Origin: Chrysemys picta bellii
Lineage: Eukaryota
Assembly (NCBI RefSeq): GCF_011386835.1
Contig: NC_088801.1
Coordinates: forward strand, 10,540,001 to 10,604,000
Reading direction: 5' to 3'
Length of the DNA: 64,000 nt
Part shown: positions 11,760-24,147 of the stretch, piece after piece
Numbering within the stretch: the first letter of the stretch is position 1
How the letters are laid out: each line of letters begins with the position of its first letter
Translations under genes and position numbers: made by a program
The notes under the pieces: generated by a model
What the model saw: only the letters and a program-made list of their open reading frames with translations
Databases searched by the model: none
Told to the model about the DNA's origin: nothing

Positions 11760-14140
11760 AATCCCCTTACAGTCATAACACTGGATGCTTCCCTCTTGGA
11801 ATGGGGAGCACATTTTTCCTCACACAGCCCACGGCAAATGGTCACAACACAATCCACTTGCCCATCAATCTGCAGGAGCCAAGGACAGTCAGAAATACTT
11901 GCCTCCACTTTCTTCCCCAATCAATCAAGATCATGACAGACAACATAGCTTGCATGGATTATATCAATCATCCAGGAGGAGCACATTCCTCCTCACTCTA
12001 CACCAAAGTGGTAAAGCTCTGGAATTGGTGGATAGCCAACCAGATAGTCACTTTGGCTTCTTATCTCCCAGGTATACAAAACACCATGGCAGACTATCTC
12101 AGCAAACATTTCTCCCTAAATCACAAATGGGAGTTGGCCTTGCAAGTCCTCAACAAAATATTCATAGCTGAGGGGTTTCCAAAGGTTGCCCTTTTTGCCA
12201 CTGCAGCCAACACAAGGTGCAGAAAATTCGGTTCCAAAGAAGGACTCGATCCCCAATGTCTAGGAGACACCTTTCTCATTACATGGCCCAAGGATCTTTT
12301 TAAGTGTATACAACAACTCCCTTGCTTATAAAGGTTCTCAACAAGATCAAGCAGGACCAAGTCAGGGTCTTTTTGATTGCACCAACTTGGCCAAGACAAG
12401 TTTGGTTTCCTTTACCTCATCAGATTCATCTCTCATCCTCTGTGGCGGCTCCCAATCCGTTCTCAACTGTTGTCTCAGAATGCTTGTTGAACACTTCACC
12501 CCAATCTGAACATTCTACAACTCCAAGAATGGCTCTTCAGTGGTTCTCTGGTCTAGAGGCATCTTGTTCATTGGAAGAACAACATGTGCTGTTAAATAGC
12601 AGGAAGGAATCTACAATATTTGCTTACCTCCAGAAGTGGAGAAGATATCATCTTTGATGTAACCACCATCATCTTTCAACTATCCAGTCATCTCTTTCAC
12701 AATCTTGGATTAACTGTTGGAATTGAAAACATCGGGTCTCTTGAGTTCCATCAAGGTTCATTTAGTGTCAGTAACAGCTTTCCACTCACCAGTAGAAGGT
12801 TTCTCAATTTTTGCACATCTGACCACAGTGAGGTTTCTGAAAGCTCTTTTATGAATCTTTTTCCACAAATTAGAGATCCTACTCCACTTTGGGATCTCAA
12901 CCTTGTTCTTAACCATCTCATGAAACAGCATTTTGAGCCACTACATGCTCATTGTTATATTTGTCTATGAGGATGGCCTTTTTGGTGGCCATCACTTCTG
13001 CTCAGAGGGTTGGGGAGATGGAGACTCTAATAGCAGGCCCTCCATTTAATGTGTTCTCCAAGGAGAAGGTATGACCCCATCCAAATTTTTTACCTAAAAT
13101 TTCTTCTGAATTTCATATTAACCAGACTTTTCACCTTCCAGTTTTCTTTCCTTAAGCTGCATCAGTCTACAGAGGAAGCTACCTTCCATATAATAGGTGT
13201 TAAGAGTGTGTTGGCCTTTTACTTGGACTGAATCAGACCATTCAAGAAATCCCTTACATCTGTTGTTTCTATTGCAGATAGGTCTAGGGGAATCCACTAT
13301 TTCCACACAGAGTGGGCAAACATTTTGGCCCGAGGGCCACATCTGGGTATGGAAATTGTATGGTGGGCCATGAATGCTCATGATTGGAGGTTGGGGTGCA
13401 GTGGGGGGTGAGGGCTCCAGCTGGGGATGCGGGCTCTGGGGTGGGGGGTTGGGGGTGCAGGAGGGTGCTCTGGGGTGGGACCAAGGGGGTCAGGGCTGGA
13501 GCAGGGGGTTGTGGCATGGGAGGGGGTCAGGGGTGCAGGCTCCGGGTGGCGCTTACCTCAAGCAGCTCCCAGAAGCAGTGGCATGTCCCCCTCCGGCTCC
13601 TATGCAGAGGTGTGGCCTGGCAGCTCTGCGCGCTGCCCCATCCGCAGGTGCCACCCCTGCAGTTCCCAGTGGCTGCTGTTCCCAGCCAATGGGAGCTGCG
13701 GGGGTGGCGCTTGGAGTGGGGGCAGCATGCAGAGCCCCTGGCTGCCCCTATGGATAGGAGCCAGAGGGGGAACATGTCTTTACTTCCAGGAGCTGCACGG
13801 AGTGGGGCAAGCTGGCGGGAGCGCGTGGGCCGGATTAAAATGTCTGCCGGGCCGTAGTTTGCCCACCCCTGCTCTGGATGTGTTACTTGTTATGATTTGG
13901 CTGATGCTCAATCTCCCCTATGAGCGACTGCACATTCTATATCACGGTCTACATCTATAGCCATACTCCAACACAGTTCAGTTGCTGAGATGTGCACAGC
14001 TGCAACGTGGACTTTCAGTGCATGCTTTTCTCAGCCATTGCGCTTTAGTACATGCTGCTAGACTGGATGTTGCTGTAGGCAATGCAGGTCTCTTCCATGC
14101 TGGATTCTATTCCGAACTTCCTGCGTCCTTAAGGGGGTTG
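11760..14140 (+). mobile_element. Old DIRS fragment (RNase H, methyltransferase-like domain, tyrosine recombinase), interrupted by a hAT MITE
   Basis: TLDASLLEWGAH; IMTDNIACMDYINHPGG...HLPGxxN-like YLPGIQNTMADYLS; ALFATAANTRC; LWDLNLVL; MAFLVAITSAQRVGE; AHS...EMCTAATW; many stops and frameshifts. Confidence 0.88.
13308..13871. mobile_element. hAT-type MITE inserted in the DIRS YR gene
   Basis: Ends cagagtgggcaaa / tttgcccacccctg; GC-rich interior; TSD not recognisable. Confidence 0.8.
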
Positions 14141-15176
14141 CTCTGTGCTATTTTCAATACCTTCAAAGGCTCAGACTCCCCCATGACATCAGCAAACTTC
14201 TCTCTTTTAAATGATGTTCTGCTCCCAAATCCATAGCAAAACATTTCTGAATACGTTGCAACCAAGAACTTTTGCTAAAACGTGGCTCTGAATGTCCAAA
14301 GGGGAAACACAAAAGTATGCATTATGTTATGATTCCTTCAGAAAGCTGCCAAGAACAGTAAGGTCTCCACTGCCAAAGAGGGATAATTGAATGAAGTCAT
14401 TCTTGGATAACAACTATCGTAAGTGCAACAGTGTGTATTAACCCTTAAGGAACCAAATTAAATGTTTCCACACGTTGTCTATGAAAATCATGCTAAAGCC
14501 TGAAACTGGCTAGTAGCTGTCACACTGGTTTGTTGGGAGTTTTGTCACTTACCTTGATGGTACATGTTGGTGGCAGCCATACTACTCCAGGAACTATTGC
14601 TGCTCTGGAGCCCCATGCTGGAACGGATGGGACTGAGCTATATCTTCCTGCTGTGTGTGCATAGTTCCTTCAGCTGGAAGAGCTATTCCAATAAACTCAG
14701 AGCTGTGGAGGGTGCAGAAAGTCAGCCTGAGGGGTCTATTTTGTATTGCATTCATTTTGTCATAGCTGTGAGTGAAGCAGCAGCCCAGCTGCACCAAGAA
14801 CAGACTTACCCCTAAAATGGGTCCAGTCCCCTCCCAAAATGCTTAATTCTAGCAAATACACTGGCCTCCTGCAAATCAGAGATTACTAATGGACATGGAG
14901 GCGGGCATCTGATTAGCACCTTCAAACTGAAGAAATCTGTTGTGACATTTAAAAACAGTTTTGCAGCACTTTGTGACAGCAGGATAAGTGGTGGTTACAT
15001 TTTCAGAGCTGAATGATTGGAGGAGAAAGTCAATAGTGTACTTGAAAAGCTATTCCAGTGAGAAAGGGGCTCATCCCAGCAGGATCCAGATCACTAGGCC
15101 AGACACATATACTGAAATCATTTTCCAAAGACCAAAAAAGACAGTTCCCTTTTCCGTAACTGGTGTTCTTCGAGAT

Positions 15177-15391
15177 AATATGGAGATATACCTATCTCAT
15201 AGAACTGGAAGGGACCTCAAAAGGTCATCGAGTCTAGCCCCCTGCCTTCACTAGCAAGACCAAGTACTGATTTTTGCCCCAGATCCCTAGGTGGCCCCCT
15301 CAAGGATTGAACTCACAACCCTGGGTTTAGCAGGCCAATACTCAAACCACCGAGCTATCCCTCTGATAAAGAATCCCCCCCCATCAACAAT
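15177..15391 (-). mobile_element. Turtle tRNA-derived SINE nested in the DIRS right ITR
   Basis: SINE body 15177-15363 plus 5' leader; splits ttcttcgagat|gtgttgctc with agat duplicated. Confidence 0.9.
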
Positions 15392-15744
15392 AGATGTGTT
15401 GCTCATGTCTATTCCACAATAGGTGTGCATGCTTGCCACGTGCACCGGTGCTGGAAGTTTTTCCCCTAGCAGTACCCATAAGGGAGTGCCCCAGCGACCC
15501 CTGGAGTGGCACCTCCATGGCGCGGTATAAGGGGTACTGCGTGCTCCCCCCACCCTCAGTTCCTTCTTGCCAGACAACTCCGACAAATGTGAAGGAGGGC
15601 GGGATGAGGAATAGACATGAGCAACACATCTCGAAGAACACCAGTTATGGAAAAAGTAACTGTCTTTTCTTCTTCGAATGATTTCTCATGTGTATTCCAT
15701 AATAGGTGATTCCAAGCTATATCTGTTGGAGGTGGGTAGGAGTT

Positions 15745-15998
15745 CACAAATTCTCGGGACGGAGCACAGCCCTGCTGAACCTGGCATCATCCCTGGTCTG
15801 GGAGACGATTGCATAGTGCAAGATGAATGTGTGAACTGAAGACCAAGTGGCAGCCCTACAAATGTCCTGAATGGGGATATAGGCCAAAAAGGCAGCCGAT
15901 GAGCCCTGAACCTGAGTTGAGTGCGCCTTCACAATTGGGATTCCCGCCAGGTCATAACAGGTACGGATGCATGAGGTGATCCAGTTGGAGAGCCGCTG
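15745..15998 (-). pseudogene. DIRS tyrosine recombinase C-terminal remnant
   Basis: QRLSNWITSCIRTCYDLAG...KAHST...DICRAATWSSVHTFILHYAI. Confidence 0.85.
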
Positions 15999-17710
15999 GC
16001 CATGGCAGGGCGACCACCAGGTCCGGGAGTGTCCCATACCACTGCTGCCTGGGCCATGCCTTCGCAATCAGAAGGACCTGGGCCTTGTCCATCTTTATCT
16101 TTTCCAGGATCTTGCCGATCAGTGGGAACAGGGGAAAGGCATAGAGAAACTGGCCTGACCAGGACAGGAGGAAGGCATAGGAGATAGTGCCCTGTTCCAG
16201 TCCCTCCCCACTCCCGAGCAGAATCGGGGGCAGCGACGGTTCTGCCGAGTCATGAACAGGTCCACCTGGGGAGTTCCCCACACTTGGAAAAGTCTGGGTA
16301 GAGAGACAACTCGGGCTGAGAGGAGAAGTCCCTGCTCAAACGATCCACCCCGCCCGGCAGATGGAAGACCTGTATGCAGATGTCGTGGGCTATACAAAAA
16401 TCTCACAGCCTGAGAGCTTCATGGCAGAGGATCGGGCCCCGCCTTGCCTGTTGATGTAGGACATTGAGGCTATGTTGTTCGTGAGGACCCTGACCACCCA
16501 GCCCTCCAGGTGCGAGCGGAAGGCCATGCATGCCAGCCGTACTGCCCTGAGCTCCTTGACATTTATATGGAGAGTCAGATCCTGAGCCAACCACAGACCT
16601 TGGGTCTGAACGTTCCCCACATGGGCTCCCCATCCCAGGTCCAATACGTCGGACACCAGCTCCAGCGACGGGGCCCTGCCCCTGAACGGAACGCCTTGGA
16701 GCATGTTTCTCGGGAGGAGCACCATCGTAGGGAGGTAATCACTGGCTCAGGTACTGTGAGGACTTTGTCCATCCTGTCCCTGGCTTGGGAAAACTCCAAG
16801 GCCAACCATCGCTGGAGGGGCCTCCTCCTGAGTCTGGCGTGATGGACCACATAAGTGCACGCCGACATGTGACCCAAGAGCTGGAGGCACAGTCTGGCTG
16901 TTGTCACTGGAAACCTTGTGACCGTGTCAATGAGCCCCTTCAGGGTCTCGAACCTGTCCGGTGGGAAGGAGGCTCTGGCCGATGAAGCGTCCAGGACTGC
17001 CCCGATAAACTCTATGCGTTGAACCGGGACTAACGTGGATTTGGTGTTTACCAACAGGCCCAAAGTGGTGCACGTGGACAGAAGGAGCGCCATGTGATCC
17101 CGCACCTGCGACCGGGAGCTGCCCTTGACCAACCAGTCGTCCAGAAAGGGGAATATCTGGACCCCTCTGCGCCTGAGGTAGGCCGCCACCACGGACATAC
17201 ATTGTGTGAATACCCTGGGGGCAGTGGACAGACCAAACGGGAGGACCATAAATTGGTAGTGTTCCTGCCCCACCGTGAAATGGAGAAAGGGTCTGTGCCC
17301 CTCCAATATATGAATGTGGAAGTATGCGTCCTGCAGATCAAGGGTGGCATACCAGTCCCAGGGATCCAGGGAGGGGATGATGGAGGCCAGGGAGACCATG
17401 CAGAACTTGAGCTTCACCATGTATTGGTTCAGGCCTCGCAGGTCCAAGATGGGCCTGAGCCCCACCTTTGGCCTCCGGGATTAGTGGGAACAGTACCCCT
17501 TGCCCTTGAACTCCTCGGGGACTGCTTCCACCACTCCTAGGCCCAGGAGCCATCCCACCTCCTGCTCGAGCAGAGCCTCGTGCGAGGGATCCCCCAGGAG
17601 GGATGGGGGCGGGGAGGAAGTAAACTGGAGGGTGCAGCCCCGGGAGATGGTGTTGAGGACCCATCGGTCTGAGGTCAGCTGTGACCACTCCGGGAGGAAA
17701 GCACACAACC
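15999..17710 (-). pseudogene. DIRS pol: reverse transcriptase, RNase H and methyltransferase-like domain, frameshifted
   Basis: LRPILDLRGLN, LDLQDAYFHI, LPFGLSTAPRVF, IFPFLDDW; HINVKELRAV...YINRQGG; PQVDLFMTRQNRRCPRF, FLYAFPLFPLI...WPRQQWY. Confidence 0.93.
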
Positions 17711-17769
17711 GGTTGGAGGAGGGAAGCTTTATTGAGGGTGGATCCCTGAGGATAACTGGCAGGACGCCC

Positions 17770-20148
17770 GCGGGCGTCCCGTCAAAACCGCCTTTTCCCC
17801 ACTGCCCTTGGAGGACCCAGCCTGGGGGGCAGGATGAGACTGCCTCTGTGGGCGCCTCTTGTAGTCCCGCAACTTCTTATAAGCGGTATCGTATTTTGGG
17901 TGGGTGGCCCGAGCGGGAGTCTGCTGCGGCTTGAACTTAGGTTGAGTCAGAGCCGGAACATAGAGACCCAGAGTCTGGAGAGTTGTGCGGGAGTCTTTCA
18001 GGCCATGCAGCTTTGTATCTGTTTGTTCCGCAAACAGAGCATTGCCGTCAAACGGGACGTCCTGCAGGGAAGTCTGTGCCTCGCTGGACAGCCCAGAGAG
18101 CAGGAGTCATGACGCCCTTCTTATGGACACCGCAGAGGCCATGGGCCGCACAGCCGTGTCCGCTGCATCCAAAGCTGCCTGCAGGGTTGCCCTGGCAGCC
18201 GCTGTACCCTCCTCCACCAGCGCTTTGAACTCTCCTGGAGGGAGTCCTTGAACTTAGGCAGGGAGCCCCACAGATTGAACTCAGACCGGCCCAGGAGAGC
18301 CTGATGGTTTGCCACCCATAACTGGAAGCTCGAGGAGGAATACATTTTCCTTCCAAAAGAGTCCAGCCTCCTTGAATCTTTATTTTTTGGGGTAGGGGCT
18401 GGCTGGCCCTGCCATTCCCTGTGGTTGACCGACTCGACCACCAGGGAGCTAGGAGCAGGGTGGGTGTATAAGTATTCCTGCCCCTTGGCGGGTACAAAAT
18501 ACTGGCATTCTGCTCTCTTAGAGATGGGGGCCAGTGAGGCCGGGGTTTGCCACAGGGCATTTGAAATTTTCGCCACTTTTCATGGAGAGGCAAGGCCACC
18601 CTGTCCAGTGCCGAGGAGGACAGCACGTTAAACAGGGAGGCTGAGGGCTCCTCCATCTCCTCTGCTTGGAGGTGGAGGCTTGATGCCACCTTTTTTAAGA
18701 GTTCTTGGTGGGCTCTAAAGTCCTCCTGTGGGACGGAAGGAGGAGGGGCCGTAATCACCTCATCTGTGGAGGGTGAGGAGGCCGGCATGGTACTTTGGGT
18801 GTCCACCAGCACCGGAGTGTCCACCACCAGGTCAGTCTCCGGGCACGGTGCCGAGGATGTACGTCCCACTGACTCCTTCCTCAGAGGCTGGAGAGGGAGG
18901 CCGAAGGTCCTTCTGAGGCTCCGGCCACTGAGCGAGCCCCCACCGGGGGCTGTGTCAAGGGCCACGGTGCCCACTGGTACCATTGGGACGGCAACGGGGC
19001 CTGGTGCCACTGCACCTGCTGTGGCACTGGCGGAGCCGGCTGTTAGGCCTGGCTGGCCTGATCCATCGAAGGACGACTAAGAAGGGAGGCCAGGCTGACA
19101 TATGACCTGCCGCTGTTCCTGGACCAGGAGGAGCAGCGGCGCTGGGAACGATGCCGACCACAGGACCGCGATCCGACGTGGAGGACCGGTACCATTGGTA
19201 ACAGCTGCTCCGCAATTGGCTCCGGCAGGCAGACCCGCGATGGCGAGACGCCAGTGATCAACACCCAGGGCTGCAGAGGCGGTGCCGTGGCGGGGTCCTG
19301 GAGCTGAACAGGAACGACTATGTTTGTGCCGTGACCGGCTGAGATAGCCCCTCCGAGATGAGGACCTTTGGTGACATCTGCCTCAATCCCATCGGTGTTC
19401 GCTCCTCAAGGTGGAGTGGTGTCAAGAGTCTCGGTCAGACGGAACCCAACCAGACAGCCTGGTGGGCATCGAGGGCAATCCACATGGATTTTCCCTGAAC
19501 GGTCACTGGGCAGTGAACGGCATCAGAAACATTCCCTCGACTGAGACATGGGGCGACTGCGGAGATCCCAGCGGTGGTTTGCCTCTGGATCGCGGGGTCG
19601 ACATCGGCAGTGCTCCTGGTACTGGCCTGGACATAAGGTCCCACGCCGCCTGCAGAGCGGACATTCGGGGAGGTCTACTCCAAATGGGCCGGGCTGCTCC
19701 GCTCGACTTGAGTTGGCGGCCTCAAGGCTGGTGGGAATAGAGGACTCCCCGACGTGGGTCTAGCCTCTGTTCCGGGTTTACTCCGGTGCCGCGGTGAAGA
19801 AGGCCTCTTCCTAGCCTTCTTGGCATGCCCCGTGGATGGGGAGCGGTGCTGACTAGTCGATGGCGCCGGAGGGTCGCCACGCACCAACACCACGGTGCCC
19901 GGTGCCGACTCGGAGCAGCGTGCTGGAGCCGGGGTCAGTGCTGACTCCATCAGGATAGCTTGGAGCCTAATGTCTCTTTCTCTCTTGGTCCGAGGCTTAA
20001 ACGACTTGCAAATCTTGCAGCGATCGCTGACATGGGTTTCCCCCAAACAGCATAGGCAGTCTGTGTGCGGATCACTCCGTGGCATAGATCGCTTACAAGT
20101 GACGCACGACTTAAAATTCGGAGCATGGGGCATGGCCTGCCCGGGCAC
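17770..20148 (-). pseudogene. DIRS ORF1 (gag-like): N-terminal Cys/His finger, low-complexity linker, LAP2alpha-like domain; fragmented
   Basis: NFKSCVTCKRSMPRSDPHTDCLCCLGETHVSDRCKICKSF; EDFRAHQELLKKVAS; LWQTPASLAPISKRAE...LDSFGRKMYSSSSFQLWVANHQALL. Confidence 0.85.
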
Positions 20149-23100
20149 TCTAGCTAAACTAAACAGCTAACTAACTACAGGTTCCAACACGGAACGAACA
20201 AGCAGTTTTGGGGAGCCACAGAAAAGCTGGAGCAGAGCAGTTCCGAAGCACCTTCACTGGCGGCAAGAAGGAACTGAGGGTGGGGAGAGCACACAGCTCC
20301 CCTTATACCACGCCCTGGAGGCGCCACTCCAGGGGTCGCTGGGGTGCTCCCCTATGGGTACTGCTAGGGGAAAATCTTCCAGCACCAGTGCACGTGGCGA
20401 GCATGCACACCTATTGTGGAATACACATGAGCAATCACTCAAAGAAGCAGCTTTGTGCCCAGCAAGTGTGTGTGTATAAACAAAGAGTGGAAGGAGACTA
20501 ACAGTCAATATATCAATCATACACTGTGTTTGTAAATATTCTCAAACTGCAATGTTTAAGGACCTTTAATTGCTCCAAAGTGTATCTTGGTCAGATAGAT
20601 GAGGCATCAGCATGTTTCTGTTTTCACTAAAACCCCACTGTGTAAGAATGGACAGGCCAGAAGAGAAAATAAAGCACCAGGACTTAGATATTGTGCTATT
20701 AGGCATGGGAGAAAAACAGTGGGTGGATTAGATCGTTCTGGCTATTCCTTTAATGGGGACGCAAAGACCATTGAACTCCAGCACTATCCCACTGGCTGCT
20801 GTATTCATTCAGCAAGTGATTTGTCATTGCTAATGGATGTGCAGGTCCAGTAGCTATTGGTTGATGTTGCCCCTTCAGCCATCTCCAGTTAGGCAAGTAA
20901 CATCCCAGACAGTAGGTGCTAGATTCTGCAACGGGCTGAGCACTTTGGCCCTGCTCCAGCAAAGGACTTAACCAAAGCCAGCCTACTCAAGGTGCTTAAA
21001 GTTAAGCATGTGTTTAATTGCTTTGCTGAAGTAGGGCCAGAACACTCAGCGTATTGCAGGCTCGAGCCCTCACAGCTCTGTGCCAGCTCAGAATCACTTA
21101 CCTGGCCTGTGTTTGTAAGCCAGTATTTCGAGTGCCCCTAAACAAACTTCCCCAGATGCATGAGGGATTTTTAGATATTTTTACTAATGCATAGAGTTGT
21201 GAAGTGCAGTGAAGGTGAGTGAGAATAACATGCACTGTGGAACAAAGTGAGCCTGTTACTTTAATGACTCAAATTAGTAGCTAGAAAAACAATATGCTAG
21301 GCATAGATTTTTAGTTTCCGACTTGAGAATTCACTACACAGAAGTGTCTTGCTTGCTAAATGGTTTTGTTTTGAATTGCTTATGCAAATTCAAGTGTAGG
21401 AATAATGGGGAAAAAAATCTGATTCCCACTAAGTTTATTTTTACTGATGATGTGCCTCTCAATTACTTTTTGATGGTCTGCGTTTGAAAAGAAATTCTTG
21501 TACATACACTTGAGCATCTGAAAACACCCAAAAGATAGCTTATGATTTACTAGGGATAAGGTATTCCATACGCAGGTGTAGCATGTTTCAGGTTGTTAGC
21601 AATCCAATCTATTTTTTATGACAGTATGGTGTAATTTTCAGTATAAAACTACAATATACGTCTTCAGCTGTCTTGAAACATAAACTAAAATGTTTCTGAC
21701 TCTGTCACTTTCTACAGTCTTTATTTTGATTAATAAATGGGATGAGAGCACTAACATTCTCCAGTAAGAGGCTATGAGCATCCTTCAATCAAAAATGTGC
21801 CCATTTTTACAATTTTGTACTGTGATATGTAACAATAGCAAAGTAGCTGGAATACAATCTCAGTCCAAGTGGGAACTGTACAGCTGAAAGGCTCAGCATG
21901 TTGATTATATCTTTGCCTCATTGGAGCAAGCTAATATACTTGATACAATTTAAAAAAAAAACAACAAAAAACACTGTGTCCTTGGGACACTAGTTATGTG
22001 GTTCCCTGGACAAAGCAGAGGTGCTACAGGAGCCAAGGAGCAGAGTCATGCCGCGGAATCAGACCTGGATTTGTATTTCAAACCCACCGGCGATCGGTGT
22101 CACTTGATTCAAAGCTTTAGTTCGGCCCATTTGATGCCTTATTCTGAAATAAGATTTGTGAGTGTGGGAGAGTGGCAGGAGTGGTTTTGGTATTTAGTTT
22201 TATTCTGGAATGCTGAACAAAATCAGGTTTGTTTAGATGGAGTGTTGCATTGTGTTGCTGAATTTAATTTTATACCCAGTAACCTTATGTAGTCATCCAG
22301 GCTAAAATTGTGATAAATGCAATTCTGTGTCATGGTTCAGGCAATAAGGGGATTGTGGTCAGCAAGGAATTAGATATTTACACATATTCCAAGTTCTAAA
22401 CCTGGCCCAGTTGGCCAGTTGCACTCTGGGATGTGTTTTGCCATCTGTAACATATGTATTGACCATTGCCAGGAAAAGGTTGCCTGTCAAATCTTCGGTG
22501 ACTTCATGTTATGTCTTTTTGAGGGGAAATGACTCACAAGCTCTCCAGGTGGTTCTGTTTTATTTCTGAATTACTCTTTACATTGTACAATATATAAAAA
22601 TACAGAGTACCCCAAAAAAATTCACAGTGTCTAAAGGCAGTGATTACAGTCTAGGTCACCTTTATATACCAATAGTACCATCGCGTTCAATTGCATAGGA
22701 AGGGTGATGTGCCTTTACACTAAGAGTCCACTAATACTTGCCAGATTTTCCTTTTTTAGAGTAAATATACTGTTTTCTACTAACAATTTCCTGTGTTTCA
22801 AAGATCCGGCATTGTCTCTGTCACTCCCTCCTCACCCCTGCTTAAGTCCTAGCTAACGTACTTACCCTCTGTGACAAAGGTTGTTTCTGATTAATTTGCT
22901 CATCTGTTCAAAATATATGCAGATGTTATTAGAGATGAGTTGCATGTAGATGAAACCCACAAGATCATGCAGCTGGGTGGCTTTTTTCCCCAATGTTTTG
23001 CCATATTTCTACTAAAAGCCCTTTTGCTTCAGTTATTAGACACACTGTCCTCTCCCTCATGCTGTGGCCTGTATGGTACACAGCATCCCAATCCCACTAA

Positions 23101-24085
23101 GGTTTCAGTGTAATAAAGGAGTAGTGGTATTTTTATTTCAAAACTATTTATACTAGGAATTCAAAAGCTCAGTGCTGTCTTTATAGCATGTAACTATTCA
23201 CGCTGTCAGGGCCAATGTGTTTGGAAAAAATAAATACTGGATAGGGCTGGGATGAGGAATCAAGTTCTAGAAGGAAACACCACTGCTTACAATGATGAGA
23301 ATAGGCCTTCTGCAGCTGGGAACCAGAATTGCAGTTAAAACTTCAAGAAAGGCTCTACCTTACAATGTTGTGACCATGAGAATTAAGATACCGGATTCTC
23401 CATGAAGGCTTGCTTTTGTTAGTTTCCTTGTGCAGTTTTGAAGGCTCCAGTGCTACAGACAGCATCCAACTCGGCCAGTGCTTATCTGACGTTTTCTTTT
23501 AACTGGCTTAAATGAGGGATTTACCTATCCGAAGCTGTTCTCATTTGAGAATTCACTGAGCTATCAAAACAACCCCTTTAGCTAGGGCCAAATCCACTGC
23601 TCAGATGGGTATAGTCCTTACTCTACACTCCTTGAAATCAATGTTCCCATCACTCCAGTGGGTGCTGGAGCATGCCTGATATTCAGGGAGTCCCACTGAT
23701 GTCCCTGGGTGAGGGTTAATCTAGAAGACAAGGCTGGGGATTATAAAGGTGCCCAAAGGCATTAGCTACATCTTCTCCTATTGCTCTATCAGGCCCACTT
23801 GAAAATCACAACCTAGGAGGTGGCAGGATCTAGCTCTTAAGTTGTATGACAACAGTCTTGTGTGGAAATGGTTATTAAACTATTATGCTGCCACTCAACT
23901 GCAAAGCTCTTCAACATGCAAGTGAAAATTTCTTCCAGATCCAGTTTGACATTTTTTACTTTCCATTTGTTGTTCTAACCTGCTACTTTGTTTGCATAAT
24001 TAGTCTCTACTTGTAGTTGAATTCAAGAGTGATACACAGAGCTGCCTCAGGTTGATTAGTCATCCACTGAGTGGCTACAAAAATT

Positions 24086-24147
24086 AGGGGGTAGCCATGT
24101 TAGTCTGCATAGCCACAAAAACAACAAGGAGTCCGGTGGCACCACTG
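24086..24147 (-). mobile_element. 62-bp Penelope-like terminal-repeat fragment (5'-truncated, no ribozyme)
   Basis: agggggtagccatgttagtctg...gagtccggtggcacc; flanked by 13-bp direct repeat ggctacaaaaatt (24073-24085, 24148-24160). Confidence 0.8.

Larger units (their letters stand above)
15134..20446 (-). mobile_element. Near full-length DIRS retrotransposon (~5.1 kb without the nested SINE): left ITR ~20255-20446, ICR 15608-15708, right ITR ~15134-15590
   Basis: Inverted terminal repeats, ICR reproducing the tail-head junction, ORF1, RT, RH, MT-like domain and YR C-terminus in the DIRS order. Confidence 0.95.

Noticed and set aside
13374-13960. Overlapping 127-177 aa Gly-rich ORFs
   Set aside because: Fall within the GC-rich hAT MITE; the same applies to ORFs at 61596-62440 and 6693-7118
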